A DNA stretch of 64,000 bases from Chiloscyllium plagiosum (lineage: Eukaryota), in contig NC_057751.1 in the NCBI RefSeq assembly GCF_004010195.1, positions 14,665,951 to 14,729,950 on the forward strand, in the 5' to 3' direction. The notes below the pieces were generated by a model, which made no database searches, was not told the DNA's origin, and saw only the letters and a program-made list of their open reading frames with translations. Each line of letters begins with the position of its first letter. The stretch's first letter is position 1. This document shows, in pieces, positions 52,956 to 64,000 of the stretch. The translations under genes were made by a program, and so were the position numbers.

Positions 52956-53999
52956 GACACACACACACACACACACATACATTCACATACACGCACACTC
53001 ACAGACACACACACTCACTGACACACACACATACATACACACACAGATACATACTCACAGACACACACACATACATACATACACACACACGCACACTCAC
53101 AGACACACACGCGCACACTCACAGACACACACACATACATTCACACACATGCACACTCACAGACACACACACATACATTCACACACATGCACACTCACAG
53201 ACACACACACATACATTCACACACATGCACACTCACAGACACACACACATACATTCACACACATGCACACTCACAGACACACACACATACATTCACACAC
53301 ATGCACACTCACAGACACACACACATACATTCACACACATGCACACTCACAGACACACACACATACATTCACACACATGCACACTCACAGACACACACAC
53401 ATACATTCACACACATGCACACTCACAGACACACACACATACATTCACACACATGCACACTCACAGACACACACACATACATTCACACACATGCACACTC
53501 ACAGACACACACACATACATTCACACACATGCACACTCACAGACACACACACATACATTCACACACATGCACACTCACAGACACACACACATACATTCAC
53601 ACACATGCACACTCACAGACACACACACCATACACACACAGGCAGACACACTCACTCAGACACACACAATCACTTGTATACACAGAGAGACATATACACA
53701 CAGAGGCATACACACACAGAGGCAGACACACACAGAGACATACACACACACAGGCAGACACACTCACTCATACACACAAAATCAACTATACACACACAGA
53801 GACATAGACACACACAGGCATACACACACACAGGCAGACACACTCACTCAGACACACACAATCACCTATACACACACATAGACATACACACACACAGAGA
53901 CATACACACACAGAGACATACACACACACACAGACATACACACACACACACAGACATAGACATACACACACAGACATACACACACCCACACACACACGA
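52956..53999. repeat. CA-rich microsatellite containing a near-perfect 38-bp minisatellite (~13 copies, ~53115-53628)
   Basis: Unit ACTCACAGACACACACACATACATTCACACACATGCAC. Confidence 0.92.
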
Positions 54000-54054
54000 G
54001 ACAACAAACGCCATTCACCCTTTCACATAGATGCTCAAGTGTACAGCAGAAGTT

Positions 54055-54082
54055 CTGATGAAGGGCTTTTGCCCGAAACGTC
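54055..54082 (+). ncRNA. Minimal hammerhead ribozyme core, intact
   Basis: CTGATGA-A-GGGC-TTTT-GCCC-GAAA-C-GTC; flanks GAAGTT/GATTTT can pair with G-U wobbles. Confidence 0.65.
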
Positions 54083-54329
54083 GATTTTCCTGCTCCTCAG
54101 ATGCTGCCTGACCTGCTGTGCTTTTCCAGCATCACTCTAATCTAGACCCTGGTTTCCAGCATCTGCAGTCCTCACTTTTGCCCACTGTTCAGTGGGCACA
54201 CTAACTCCACCATATCCAGTCACCTCCCCAGCACGCACGTCAACAAAGGTGAAATGGTGGCCTTAATGGATTGTGCACAGACTCACTGAGCTTTGCTCCC
54301 TCACAGGCTGAGGAATGAAACCTGTGTAC

Positions 54330-54443
54330 CTTCTGCAGACGTGACCGCAGGTAACTGCTAAGGACGTAGCGAATCCTCTCGGTCTCCATTCGGTGGATGG
54401 TGACTTTCAGATCGCCCTTCTTTGCTCGCTGCAGGTTCTGTTC
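54330..54443 (-). CDS. GINS4: GINS4 coding exon 3
   Basis: EQNLQRAKKGDLKVTIHRMETERIRYVLSSYLRSRLQK with canonical AG/GT. Confidence 0.97.
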
Positions 54444-55537
54444 CTGTGAAGAGGATTGAAAGGCAGGTGGGGTGAACCAGCAGACCCTCAGTTTAAGGCA
54501 CATCAAGGTCGGTGCAGCTTAGGTGAACTGGCCATGCTAAATTGCCCGTAGTGTTAGGTGAAGGGGTAAATATAGGGGACTGGGTCTGGGTATGTTGCTG
54601 TTCGGAGGGTTGGTGTCGACTTGTTGGGCTGAAGGGCCTGTTTCCACACGAAGTAATCTAATCATTCTTTGAAGTTTGCATCACATATAGACAGGGTAGT
54701 TGAAAAAGCACTTAGCATGCTTGCCTTCATCACTCAGTCCTTTGAGTATAGGAGTTGGGATGTCATGTTGAGGATGTACAGGACATTGGTGAGGCCTCTT
54801 CTGGAGCACTGTGTCCAGTTCGGGTCTCCCTGTTATAGGAAAGATATTATTAAGCGAGAGGGGGGTTCAGAAACGACTTACCAGCATGTTGCCGGGAACA
54901 GAGGGCTTGAGTTGTCGTGAAAGGCTGGATAGGCTGGGACTCCTTTCACTGGTTGAGGGGTGAGCTATGAGTGCAAAGTTGCGACTACTGTGAACCAGCT
55001 TGTCCTCAAAGTGATTGGAACAAGGTCAGCTCGGTGGATCTTTTCGAAGATGAGCTGGCTGACAGGTATAAACAGGAGTGTTCGGGATTCTGCACAATCT
55101 CAGAGCCAGCTCTGAGTTAGCTGGATCAGTACCATGTACTATGCACGTGTAAATAAAGGGTGACTGGGTGACAGGATACTGGCCTTCTTGAAGTTCAGTG
55201 CACTACCCAGGATTTTGGAGACAGCCTCTCGCTCCCCTTTGCTTTCACCATGACGGCATCTTAGCCGGTCAGAGTTGACACGCCAACTAATCAACTCCCT
55301 TTTCTCCCCATCAAACAAATCATTCCGACTGTTCGAAATGCGCCATTCTGGCATTTGTCCTGATGACTCGGGCAACTCGACAAAAATCAACTGCCAGGTG
55401 AATCGTCGGACAGCAGATCCTTATCATTACATCTGGCAGGGAAATCAGGGGCTGGCTGAGTCTGTCAACCGCAAACTCAATGGTGCATTGAACAAATGTT
55501 GTCTGCTCCACCCCAACAAAAGGTCCAAAACCGTTAC

Positions 55538-55624
55538 CATGTGATCGAGCTGTTCCATTACACACTCCACAATCTCAGCTTTGTGTTCGAGAAGGTCAGG
55601 GGAAAATTTCTCATTCAGCCACGC
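55538..55624 (-). CDS. GINS4: GINS4 coding exon 2
   Basis: cag|AWLNEKFSPDLLEHKAEIVECVMEQLDHM|gtaac. Confidence 0.96.
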
Positions 55625-56408
55625 CTGTATGGAGATGAGGGACAGCCAGAGTTAGTAACGATAAGAGGAGACAGAATTCCAAACTGAATATCAGAGAACT
55701 ACCAAAACCCACACTGCAGACAGCTGTGACGTGATAGTTTTACAATGCAGGAACGTCAATTTGATTTACCATTGTCACAGGGACTAACTGACAATGAAAA
55801 ATATTGTTTTATGTGCAAACCAGACAAATCATTCCTCACATATATACATCAAGGTAACAGAATATAGTCCATGACTATCTTCCCAAGGGCGCTGCAAAGT
55901 CAAAGTGCATGAAGAAACCTCACCATCCAACCCTGGGATCAACGTGGGACATACAATTAAGTCTAGGAATTCCTGAGATAAATCGGACAGAGAAACCTCT
56001 CGGAAAGCCCTGTAACAGGGAGAGACAGGTCTCACCAGCAAGAAACAGCCAGAACAGGGGAGCAGCAACGAGACCGCACATCCGCTTACCAGTGAAGGGA
56101 ATGTGTTTAAAACAAAAATCTCACTGGGTGTGGGTGTCACTGGCAGAGGCAACACTTATTCACATCCCGAACTGCCCCCTTGAGAAGGTGGGGGTGGGGC
56201 TGAGCTGCCTTCTTGGCCCCCCCCCAGTGCCCTGAGGGAGGGAGTCCCAAGATTCTGACCCAACAGCCGATATATTTCCAAGTCGCAGACGGTGAAGGGC
56301 TGGAGGGGGAACTTGCAGGGGGGTGGTGTTCCCATGTACCTGCTGCCCCTTGTCCTCCCCGATGGAAGTGGCCGTGGGGTTTGGAAGGTGCTGTCTGAGG
56401 AGCCTGGG

Positions 56409-56560
56409 NNNNNNNNNNNNNNNNNNNNNNNNNNNNNNNNNNNNNNNNNNNNNNNNNNNNNNNNNNNNNNNNNNNNNNNNNNNNNNNNNNNNNNNNNNNN
56501 NNNNNNNNNNNNNNNNNNNNNNNNNNNNNNNNNNNNNNNNNNNNNNNNNNNNNNNNNNNN
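56409..56560. other. Assembly gap in GINS4 intron 1
   Basis: N run. Confidence 1.
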
Positions 56561-56735
56561 ACATCTACCCCCCCATCCAACCCCCCCTCCCCCAACCAGG
56601 GCAAGTGGGGTGTATTCCCTCACACACCCTCCTGACTTGGGCCTTGTTTCTGGGCTCTGGGGGGGGGGGGGGAAGGCTCATGCTCAGTGTGGGATCTTGC
56701 TGTGCACCCCCCCTCCCCAGGGGTTGACCCCTCAC

Positions 56736-56843
56736 CTCCTCCAGTTTCCCAATGAGCTCAGCCGGGGTCAGGATCATCTCCTCCTCCTCCTCGGGGTCCC
56801 CTCCACCCACCATCACCGCTTCCCCTGCCTCCTCTTCGGCCAT
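56736..56843 (-). CDS. GINS4: GINS complex subunit 4 (SLD5), coding exon 1
   Basis: MAEEEAGEAVMVGGGDPEEEEEMILTPAELIGKLEE|gtgag; LTPAELI motif of SLD5. Confidence 0.93.
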
Positions 56844-57280
56844 GCTCACTACCCGAGCCCCGAGGCTCCAACTGGAAACTCCCGCCTCGGCCGCGACGTC
56901 TGACGTCACCGCGCACAGGCCACGCCCACCTCCCCGAACGTCGACGCGAGAGGCGTCATCGCGCACCCCTCTCGTCCGACGGCACGCGCGGGTCGTCGGA
57001 CGTCATCGCGCACCCGCCCCGCCCCTTTCCTCCGTCCAGCCGCGCCCCCCTCGTCAGAGGGCACGCGCGGTTCTTCGGACGTCATCGCGCAGACTGGCAT
57101 CGCCGCGTCTCCGAGCCCCCTGTGACCAGTGCAATCGTGGCCATCTTTCTTCCAGGCGGAACGAGCAGCTCCTCCCAGCCTGAGCGCTCCGTTTCCCCTC
57201 AAGTGCTGTCAAACCTCACCACTTCCGTGTTGTGTTTTGTTTTGGCTCCTCCGATTTATTACGGCCCGGAGCGTGACCGA
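56844..57280 (-). promoter_or_regulatory. GINS4 CpG-island promoter/5' UTR
   Basis: CpG-dense; perfect CRE TGACGTCA at 56901-56908, GC boxes CCGCCCCGCCC near 57014, ETS-type ACTTCCG near 57220. Confidence 0.8.
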
Positions 57281-59654
57281 ATTGTGATAGAAAATAGATA
57301 GAAAATTGAACTGGACATCGCTTTTTTTTTTCCTTAACTAAAACATGAATGGGAAGGTCCTGGGGAGTGTTGCTGAACTGAGAGACCTTGCAATGCAGCT
57401 TTATATTTACTTGGAAGTGGAGTGGAACGCAGGTTGTGAAAAAGGTGTTTCGGATGTTTTCCTTCTTTGGTCGAATTAAAAATCACGCAAAACAAAGTTA
57501 CAGTCCTACAGGTTTACTGGGAAGCATTACTCCTTCAGCCGGGAGCGGTGGAGCTGAACCATAACACACAGAACTTACAGCAAAGGATGACAGTCTCATA
57601 GAACTGAGAGGATACATGGAACAAACCTGTGAAGTCTTTCATCTTTTAGAATGGGGTGCAGGTTTCGGTTCATTAATATGTAAAGCCCAGAACTACAGCT
57701 GACCCCCATGGCACTCCACACTCTCATAAACACATACTTAAATCCTAAAACACTCATGCAGATCCTATCTCCTAAGAACACATTCTCCAACCCCCGACAC
57801 ACACACCCTCTCACAGGCTTAAACTCCATCACACACACACACTCACTGTCTCTCTCGTGTACACATACACCGCTATACGTCTGTGGGGTGAATTTACACC
57901 TACAGAATTATATTTGCAGATACATTCTATTTTGTTCAAAAAGCACACACTCTGCAGGCAGTCAATCCATGTACTATCTTTTCAATTCCACTTTGAAAGT
58001 GGAACCAGTCTGACTCTAACCTCACACCTTTAATCCATTGTCTGAGCTAAGATATCACCTTTTTTTTCTATAAAACTTAAACTATCTTGAGAATGTAACA
58101 GTTGTAGGATTTTCATACGAATGAAACCTGCAACCCATGGCAGGGTAATTATGAGAACCTTTCCTCCTCAAGCAATCTGCCAACCTGAACATAACTGCCG
58201 CTCATTAAATGTGTCCAAATTTGACATTATTCCATAACGTAAATGGAGAAGTTAAAAGAATTACAGCAGAAAGTGCAGGCTGCAAGTTATGATCTGTAAT
58301 CTTAATTCTTAAGATGTCTGCTAATGCATGTACACATCCTGTATGTATTCATTTAATTCCCCTCTTCAATGTTTTAACACATCCACTTGCATTAAAACCT
58401 TATCCAAGTGGTTACTCACAAATTCCCAATGGGAATGTTGGATACAGGCTGACTGCCTCAGGCCAGTACCAACAAACATTGGACGGAAATTGAGAAGGGC
58501 AACTTTGAACGTAGAACATAGAAAAGTACAGCACAGATCAGGCCCTTTGGCCCACAATGTTGTGCCGAGATTTAATCATAATGTAAAACATAGTAACCTA
58601 ACCGATGCACCCCTCAACTCATTGCTATCCATGTGCATGTCCATCAGTCGCTTAAATGTCCCCAATGACTCTGCTTCCACCACGACAGCTCGCAATGCAT
58701 TCCATGCATTCGCAACTCACTGCATAAAGACAACTCTCTGCGTAAAACTTGGTGAATTGAGCGGACTGTCTCTGGCACTATGTGAAAAAAACATGATTTC
58801 TGTACAGTCACATTTATAGTTCACCATTTTTCTTAATGCTCACCTGTCCACTGTTACTGCAATAGTCAATATGAAAGGTGGAAATAAACCACAGAAAAGT
58901 AAAAGTCTGAACATGTCCAGCCCTTTGATAACATTATCATGGTCTTGCTGAAGACTTGCCAAATGCAAATTTGAAAAATAAATCCCCCATTGCTCCCTAT
59001 CCCTGTTCCCAGCATTTACCCAATCTTAGTTAGGGTCAAGAGTGTGGTGCTGGAAAAGCACAGTCAGTCAGGCAGCATCCCGAGCAGGAGAGACGACGTT
59101 TCGAGCAGAAGCTCTTCAGCAGGAATTCTCATCTCGAGCTTACGCCCGAAAGGTCAATTTTCCTGCTCCTCGGATGCTGCCTGACCGGCTGTGCTTTTCC
59201 AGCACCACTCTTTTGACGCTGATCTTCAGCATCTGCGGTCCTCACTTTCTCCCCAGTGTTCGTTAGGCTCAAGGTGGCTTTTAAATGCGAATTAAAATAT
59301 TATTTGGGAACCAAAAGAGTTCATCTTCATCTCGCTTTGGCTGTATTACAAAGCAACAATTTTGCCTAAGTCCCTGGCATTGTGGTCACGGATAAAGTGA
59401 TGATCATGCTTGCATGACCAGCTACCTAGTGCGTATGATCAATTTAACACATTCTTTTGTTAAGTATGGATTGAATGCTTATATCTCTTCAGACAGCCTA
59501 TCCTCCTCCCTCACTCGCCTTTGAATAGCACTTCACTGCTGCTTCGGCCTGTCTTTACAAGATCGGGGAAGGACTTTTTCCCCACCAGAGTTTGTCAGCA
59601 AACGTTGTCCTTCCTGTCCAATCAGGGATCAGTTTCTCAAGCATTTGCCTCACA

Positions 59655-59960
59655 GAATCTCTGCAGCATGGAAGCACAGCCTTTGTCGTGTCCAGTCGAC
59701 GCTGATCCTCCCAAGAGCAACCCAACTGGACCCTCCCTTACTCCAACCCTGCATGGCACAGCCCCCCAGCCCGCACATCCCTGGGCACCATCAGCAATTC
59801 AGCACGGCCAATCCACCCGAACCCGCACATCTTTGGATTGTGGGAGGAAACCCATGCAGGCATGGCTAAAAAGGTGTGGACTCCACATACAGGCACCAGA
59901 GACTGGAATCGAACCTGGTGCTTGGTGCCGTGAAGCAGCAGTGCTGACCACTGAACCACT
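59655..59960 (-). mobile_element. HE1-type SINE, diverged
   Basis: Reverse complement of the consensus. Confidence 0.78.
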
Positions 59961-60519
59961 GGTGAGTGCCTTCCTCCCCACTGACCAAGGATGCTGTAGC
60001 TCAAACACTTTCAACAAGTCTCATTCTTTCTCAGCTCCACTTCAAAGATACTTGCTCTCGTTTTCAATCTTTAGAAAGGGAAATGTGCCCAGTCCAGTGG
60101 TCCCCCACGAAAAACCCCCTGGGACTTGGACCACTGTCTGTCTCCTTTCTCCTCCCTCCACTTCGGGACTGAATACTGCACCTACAATCACTAGTTTGTT
60201 TTTTTACAAGTAATAAGACTTGAGATGTAGACGAACAGCTAAAAACAGCCAGTGTATCCATGCACTGGTTAGGCCAGCATTTATCGTCCTCAAAATGCAC
60301 AGAGAAGAGGTTAAGAGTCAACCCCATTGCGGTGGGGTCTGGAGTCAGCCAGGCTACCAAAGGATGGCAGTTAACTTTGCCAATGGGCATGAGTGAACCA
60401 GATGGGTTTTACCCATCGGTCGACAATGGTTTGACTTATTGGACCTAAGTACAGTGAAAGCTTTTTTTTTAATGAGCAGTACAGGCAGATGGTAACACAC
60501 ATCAACATACAGATCATCG

Positions 60520-60960
60520 GGTGTTTCGACACAACGAGATATGCAGAGTTATGGCTGGCCAGGAGGTGTGCAAAGCAAGGTCAACATCATTTGAAATTAC
60601 AAAGGTCCATTCAGCAGTCTGGTAACAGTGCTTGGTGAACCCATTTACATGTGTGTTCAAGCCTCTATATCTCCTGCCTGACAGAACAGGTTGGTAGAGA
60701 TTATAACTGGGGTCGTTGACGATGTTGGCTGCCTTCCCGTGGCAACGAGAAGGGTAGATGGGAAGGTGGCTTCCGTGATGGTCTGGACTGTGTACACAAC
60801 TCCTTGTAGTTCCTCCTGGTCCTGGGTCGAACAGTTGGCGTACCAGGCCGTGCTGCATTGGACAGAAATCTCTCTCTGGTGCATCAGTAAACGCTGGAGA
60901 GGGTCCTTCTCGACATGCCGAATTTCTGAAACCTCGCGAGGAACAGGCCATGTCCTTCTG
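60520..60960 (-). mobile_element. Rex1/Babar-like LINE 3' fragment
   Basis: KFGMSRRTL... and CSTAWYANCSTQDQEELQGVVYTVQTIT. Confidence 0.7.
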
Positions 60961-61880
60961 CCTTCTTGACAGTTGCATTTACAAGGACAGCTTGTTGGTT
61001 AACAATGGCTGCCATGAAACAAAATCTTCCATCCAGTCTTGTGAACTTCCTCCTTTATATAACTCCAACCGGTACGTTCTGAACCAATTTGCCCCAAGGT
61101 GTCCCACAACAAAGTGCTCAAATCACTACAAACACAAGCCAGTAACAACACAAAACAGACCCAACTTCATTAGGAACCAAGTTACAACAACCTTTAATAC
61201 ACACTCTGGTCCTATTTACCCCCTTAATACTTCCTAAATCTCTGCATATTTATCAGGCACTTTCTCTCTCTGGGTGGTCACTGGTCTCGGCCATTTGTTA
61301 GGCTGGTCTCCTTGGAGGGGGGGTGCTCGCCAGGATAACTGTTGCCTTTTACATGACGCTAACATCTTTAGCACCTCGCTGTGTCTGTCTGGTGTGTGGG
61401 TTTTGCGATGTCAGAGTTTTAGTTGGCCAGTGTACCCATCATCCCTTGCTGTTTGGCCAAGTTGGCAAACCGTGTTTTCACAGCTGCATCACTATCCCTT
61501 CCTAAAACAGCGGAGGGGAGATCAACTAACCCCTTCCCTGGTGCTGATCGAATCAAAGATCCTGACCCATGGGGTCATCAACCTCTGCTCCCCGACCCAG
61601 CTCCATACAGTGTCCCCAGAGATCAGGAGGCTGGGGCCAAAGTGCATGCTGAGGAACAGCAGCAGGTTGTATTTGAAATAACTACTCAGGGAGGTTTGCA
61701 CCGACAAACCCCTGCCTCAAGTAGGGGGAGAAAAAAGAGGCCCCATGCTTCCCAGATCATGTTAACGATCACTCACCTCCCCTACCGACTGGACGTGTCA
61801 CAAACCTGCCCCAAGGGCTGAACAACCACGTGTTCGGGAGAAAGCAGATGGAGTTTCGTTTCTCCATATCAAAAAAGTTC

Positions 61881-61886
61881 TTTATT
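61881..61886 (-). terminator. Candidate CHMP7 polyadenylation signal
   Basis: TTTATT on + (AATAAA on -) ~0.9 kb downstream of the stop. Confidence 0.5.
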
Positions 61887-62527
61887 TCTGATTCGAGAAA
61901 ACCGAAAGGCTCATGAATACTTTACAACGCAGAGTTCTTCGACAAAACACATTCGACAAAAACAGACGACCACATGTGACACGGAGACTTGAGTCTAGCA
62001 GCAACAGTAGAACAATGGGGTGCAGAGGGAAGTGGTACTTGCTGGCTGGTCTCCATGGGGTTCAGACAAAACAACAACACCAAGACCACACAGTGCACAG
62101 AGGACAAAACTGACTACTCAATCGATGCACGGTTCTGTCCTGATAATGGTCTCTAAGGCTCAGAGCGGACAGCCTCCCAGTCTTCCAACCACCTCTGGCT
62201 CTCAGCAGGGTCACTGTCCACACAGGTCGCTGACCAGGTATCTACATGGGGACACCACGTCCGTGGTCATCATGATCTGAAGCTTCCTGGGTTAGCTCGG
62301 AGCTGCCACCTCCTGGTCACAACCGGCTCCTCCCCGATGGCAAACATCAAAGTCCCACCAGCGCCGTGCGAACATTTGTCCTCAGAGAGCCAGGAGTGAA
62401 TAAAAACACGACTTGGTACTGTCCTTCCCAAAGAGAGAAAAAAAAATGCAGAATCCTCTGAGATCACCCATTTCCCAGATCCCAAACGTATTCAGAGAGC
62501 AGTTTGTTCTCCACGACGGCCCCGTCG

Positions 62528-62565
62528 CGAGAGACAGAGAGAGACACACCGAGAGAGACACACAC

Positions 62566-62622
<57 letters not shown>

Positions 62623-62760
62623 GAGAGACACACACAGAGAGAGAGACACACACAGAGAGAGAGACACACACAGAGAGAGAGACACACACAGAGAGAGAGA
62701 CACACACAGAGAGAGAGACACACACAGAGAGAGACACAGAGAGAGAGAGAGACAGAGAGA
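62528..62760. repeat. Compound (GA)/(CA) microsatellite with 18-bp period in the putative CHMP7 3' UTR
   Basis: GAGAGAGACACACACAGA repeated. Confidence 0.9.
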
Positions 62761-62797
62761 ATTCGATGATCCTCACCATTCGTCTCAGTGCAGGTGC

Positions 62798-62856
62798 TCA
62801 CTGGGCAGGTTCGAGCAAGGCTGATCCTCTTGGAGATGCAGCACTACCTCCCAGAC
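62798..62856 (-). CDS. CHMP7: CHMP7 terminal coding exon
   Basis: ctctctggttcag acceptor, phase-compatible, [19 protein letters not shown], similar to the mammalian GLVPSSKSPKRQLEP tail. Confidence 0.75.
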
Positions 62857-63430
62857 CTGAACCAGAGAGACAGAGAGGACGTTCATATACCTTGTAGGTG
62901 GTTTCTGTACATCTGCAAACATCAGCAAGAGGGCAAGGGGACACACAGGCAGGCAGGATATCGGGACAGGACTGTATGTGTATGTGTCAGTATGTGAGTT
63001 TGTCAATTTGCTCATCTGTCCACCCATGTATCTGTGTGTGCACCTGAGTGTGTGTAGCATGTACGGTATATGCTTACATCTGCGCGCAAGTGTGTTGTGT
63101 ATACTTGTGCACCTGTAAGTATATATGAATGTGCTCTGCAGGAGAGCGACTGTGAGACTGCGTGCGTGCGTGCGTCTGTGCAAGTGAGTGCGAGAGACAG
63201 ACAGACAGGGGGAGTGCTTTGGGGGGGGTGGAGATGTTGGGGGTTGGGAGAGCGCGCGCGCGCGCGAGAGAGAGAGAGTACGCGTGAGAATCTGTTCACA
63301 TATGATCGAGAGAGAACGTTTTGTCTGCAGCGTGTCAGCATGTTTGTGTGTATGGTTTGTGCACACCATCTCTGCCCAGGGAGCGATGAGCACCTCCCGC
63401 ATCCGTCCCCCACTGTGACAGCTGACTTAC

Positions 63431-63622
63431 CGGAATCAGAAAGGGAGAGCTTACTGAGTGCAGCGTCAAGTTGCCCATCCATCCCCTCAGGCTTGGCTTG
63501 TCCCTGTTTAACAGCAGGGGACATGGGCAGCTCAGGCACATCTGGGAGCAGAAGCGTCTCATCAGCCGCCCTGTCCAGAAGAGCGTTCAACTCAGCTTCC
63601 AGTTCATCAGTATCCACAGCTT
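63431..63622 (-). CDS. CHMP7: Charged multivesicular body protein 7, penultimate coding exon
   Basis: AVDTDELEAELNALLDRAADETLLLPDVP...LDAALSKLSLSDS|gtaagt resembles the CHMP7 C-terminus (ELEKELDILL...LPDNP...LEKLSLSE); phase 1-1. Confidence 0.85.
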
Positions 63623-63854
63623 CTGGGCACAAGAGACAAAAGCAGCAGTGACACACTGAGCAGGCACAAGGAGGCATTCAGCCCTTTCAGTCTAGACTCA
63701 AACTCGAGAAGTTCATGCTGATCTGATAGGGGGCGTCAACTCCTGGTTACGGTCCCGCCCCTTGTACACTACCTACTCAAATGAAAAATCTAACTCCGTC
63801 TGGGATAAAGACGAAGACCCAGCCGCCACTGCCTGGAGGAGAGAATTTCACCTC

Positions 63855-64000
63855 AGCAAGTGCAAAACCTGTGCTCACACCACTCTCCTCTCATCCAAGG
63901 CCCCCAAGGGATCCTTCCACATCAGTCAGAAATTTACCTGTCCCTCTACCAACGTCATCTACTGCATCCGTCGCACCCAGTGTGGTCCCCTCCACAGTGG
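63855..64000 (+). mobile_element. Penelope-like GIY-YIG fragment in CHMP7 intron
   Basis: KCKTCAH...KGSFHISQKFTCPSTNVIYCIRRTQCG. Confidence 0.78.

Noticed and set aside
52811..54030. His/Thr-rich ORFs up to 385 aa
   Set aside because: CA microsatellite inside a GINS4 intron
62464..62530. Alternative CHMP7 last exon ([19 protein letters not shown])
   Set aside because: No suitable acceptor seen; 62798-62856 has the right phase and CHMP7-like sequence

Overview
Eukaryotic (vertebrate) genomic DNA, almost certainly a shark/elasmobranch draft scaffold: dense HE1-type tRNA-derived SINEs, CR1-group LINE fragments, Penelope-like remnants, a 32-bp satellite and four N gaps. Four protein-coding loci can be reconstructed by hand. 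(1) The 3' part (7 exons, + strand, 145-10615) of a death-domain TNF receptor, probably TNFRSF10/TRAIL-receptor-like. (2) An unrecognised GC-rich gene with a single coding exon (+, 26291-28689), split by one frameshift inside a 24-bp coding repeat; it would encode ~800 aa with AT-hook-like motifs, ~40 Cys-spaced octapeptide repeats, an LC8-type TQT motif, an acidic tract and a terminal CaaX box. (3) Complete GINS4/SLD5 (7 coding exons, - strand, 227 aa). (4) The last two coding exons of CHMP7 (- strand). The most interesting non-coding signal is a set of Penelope-derived inverted-repeat elements from at least four families carrying minimal hammerhead-ribozyme cores, three of them intact. All identifications come from manual translation and recalled family knowledge; no searches were run, and repeat boundaries are approximate.
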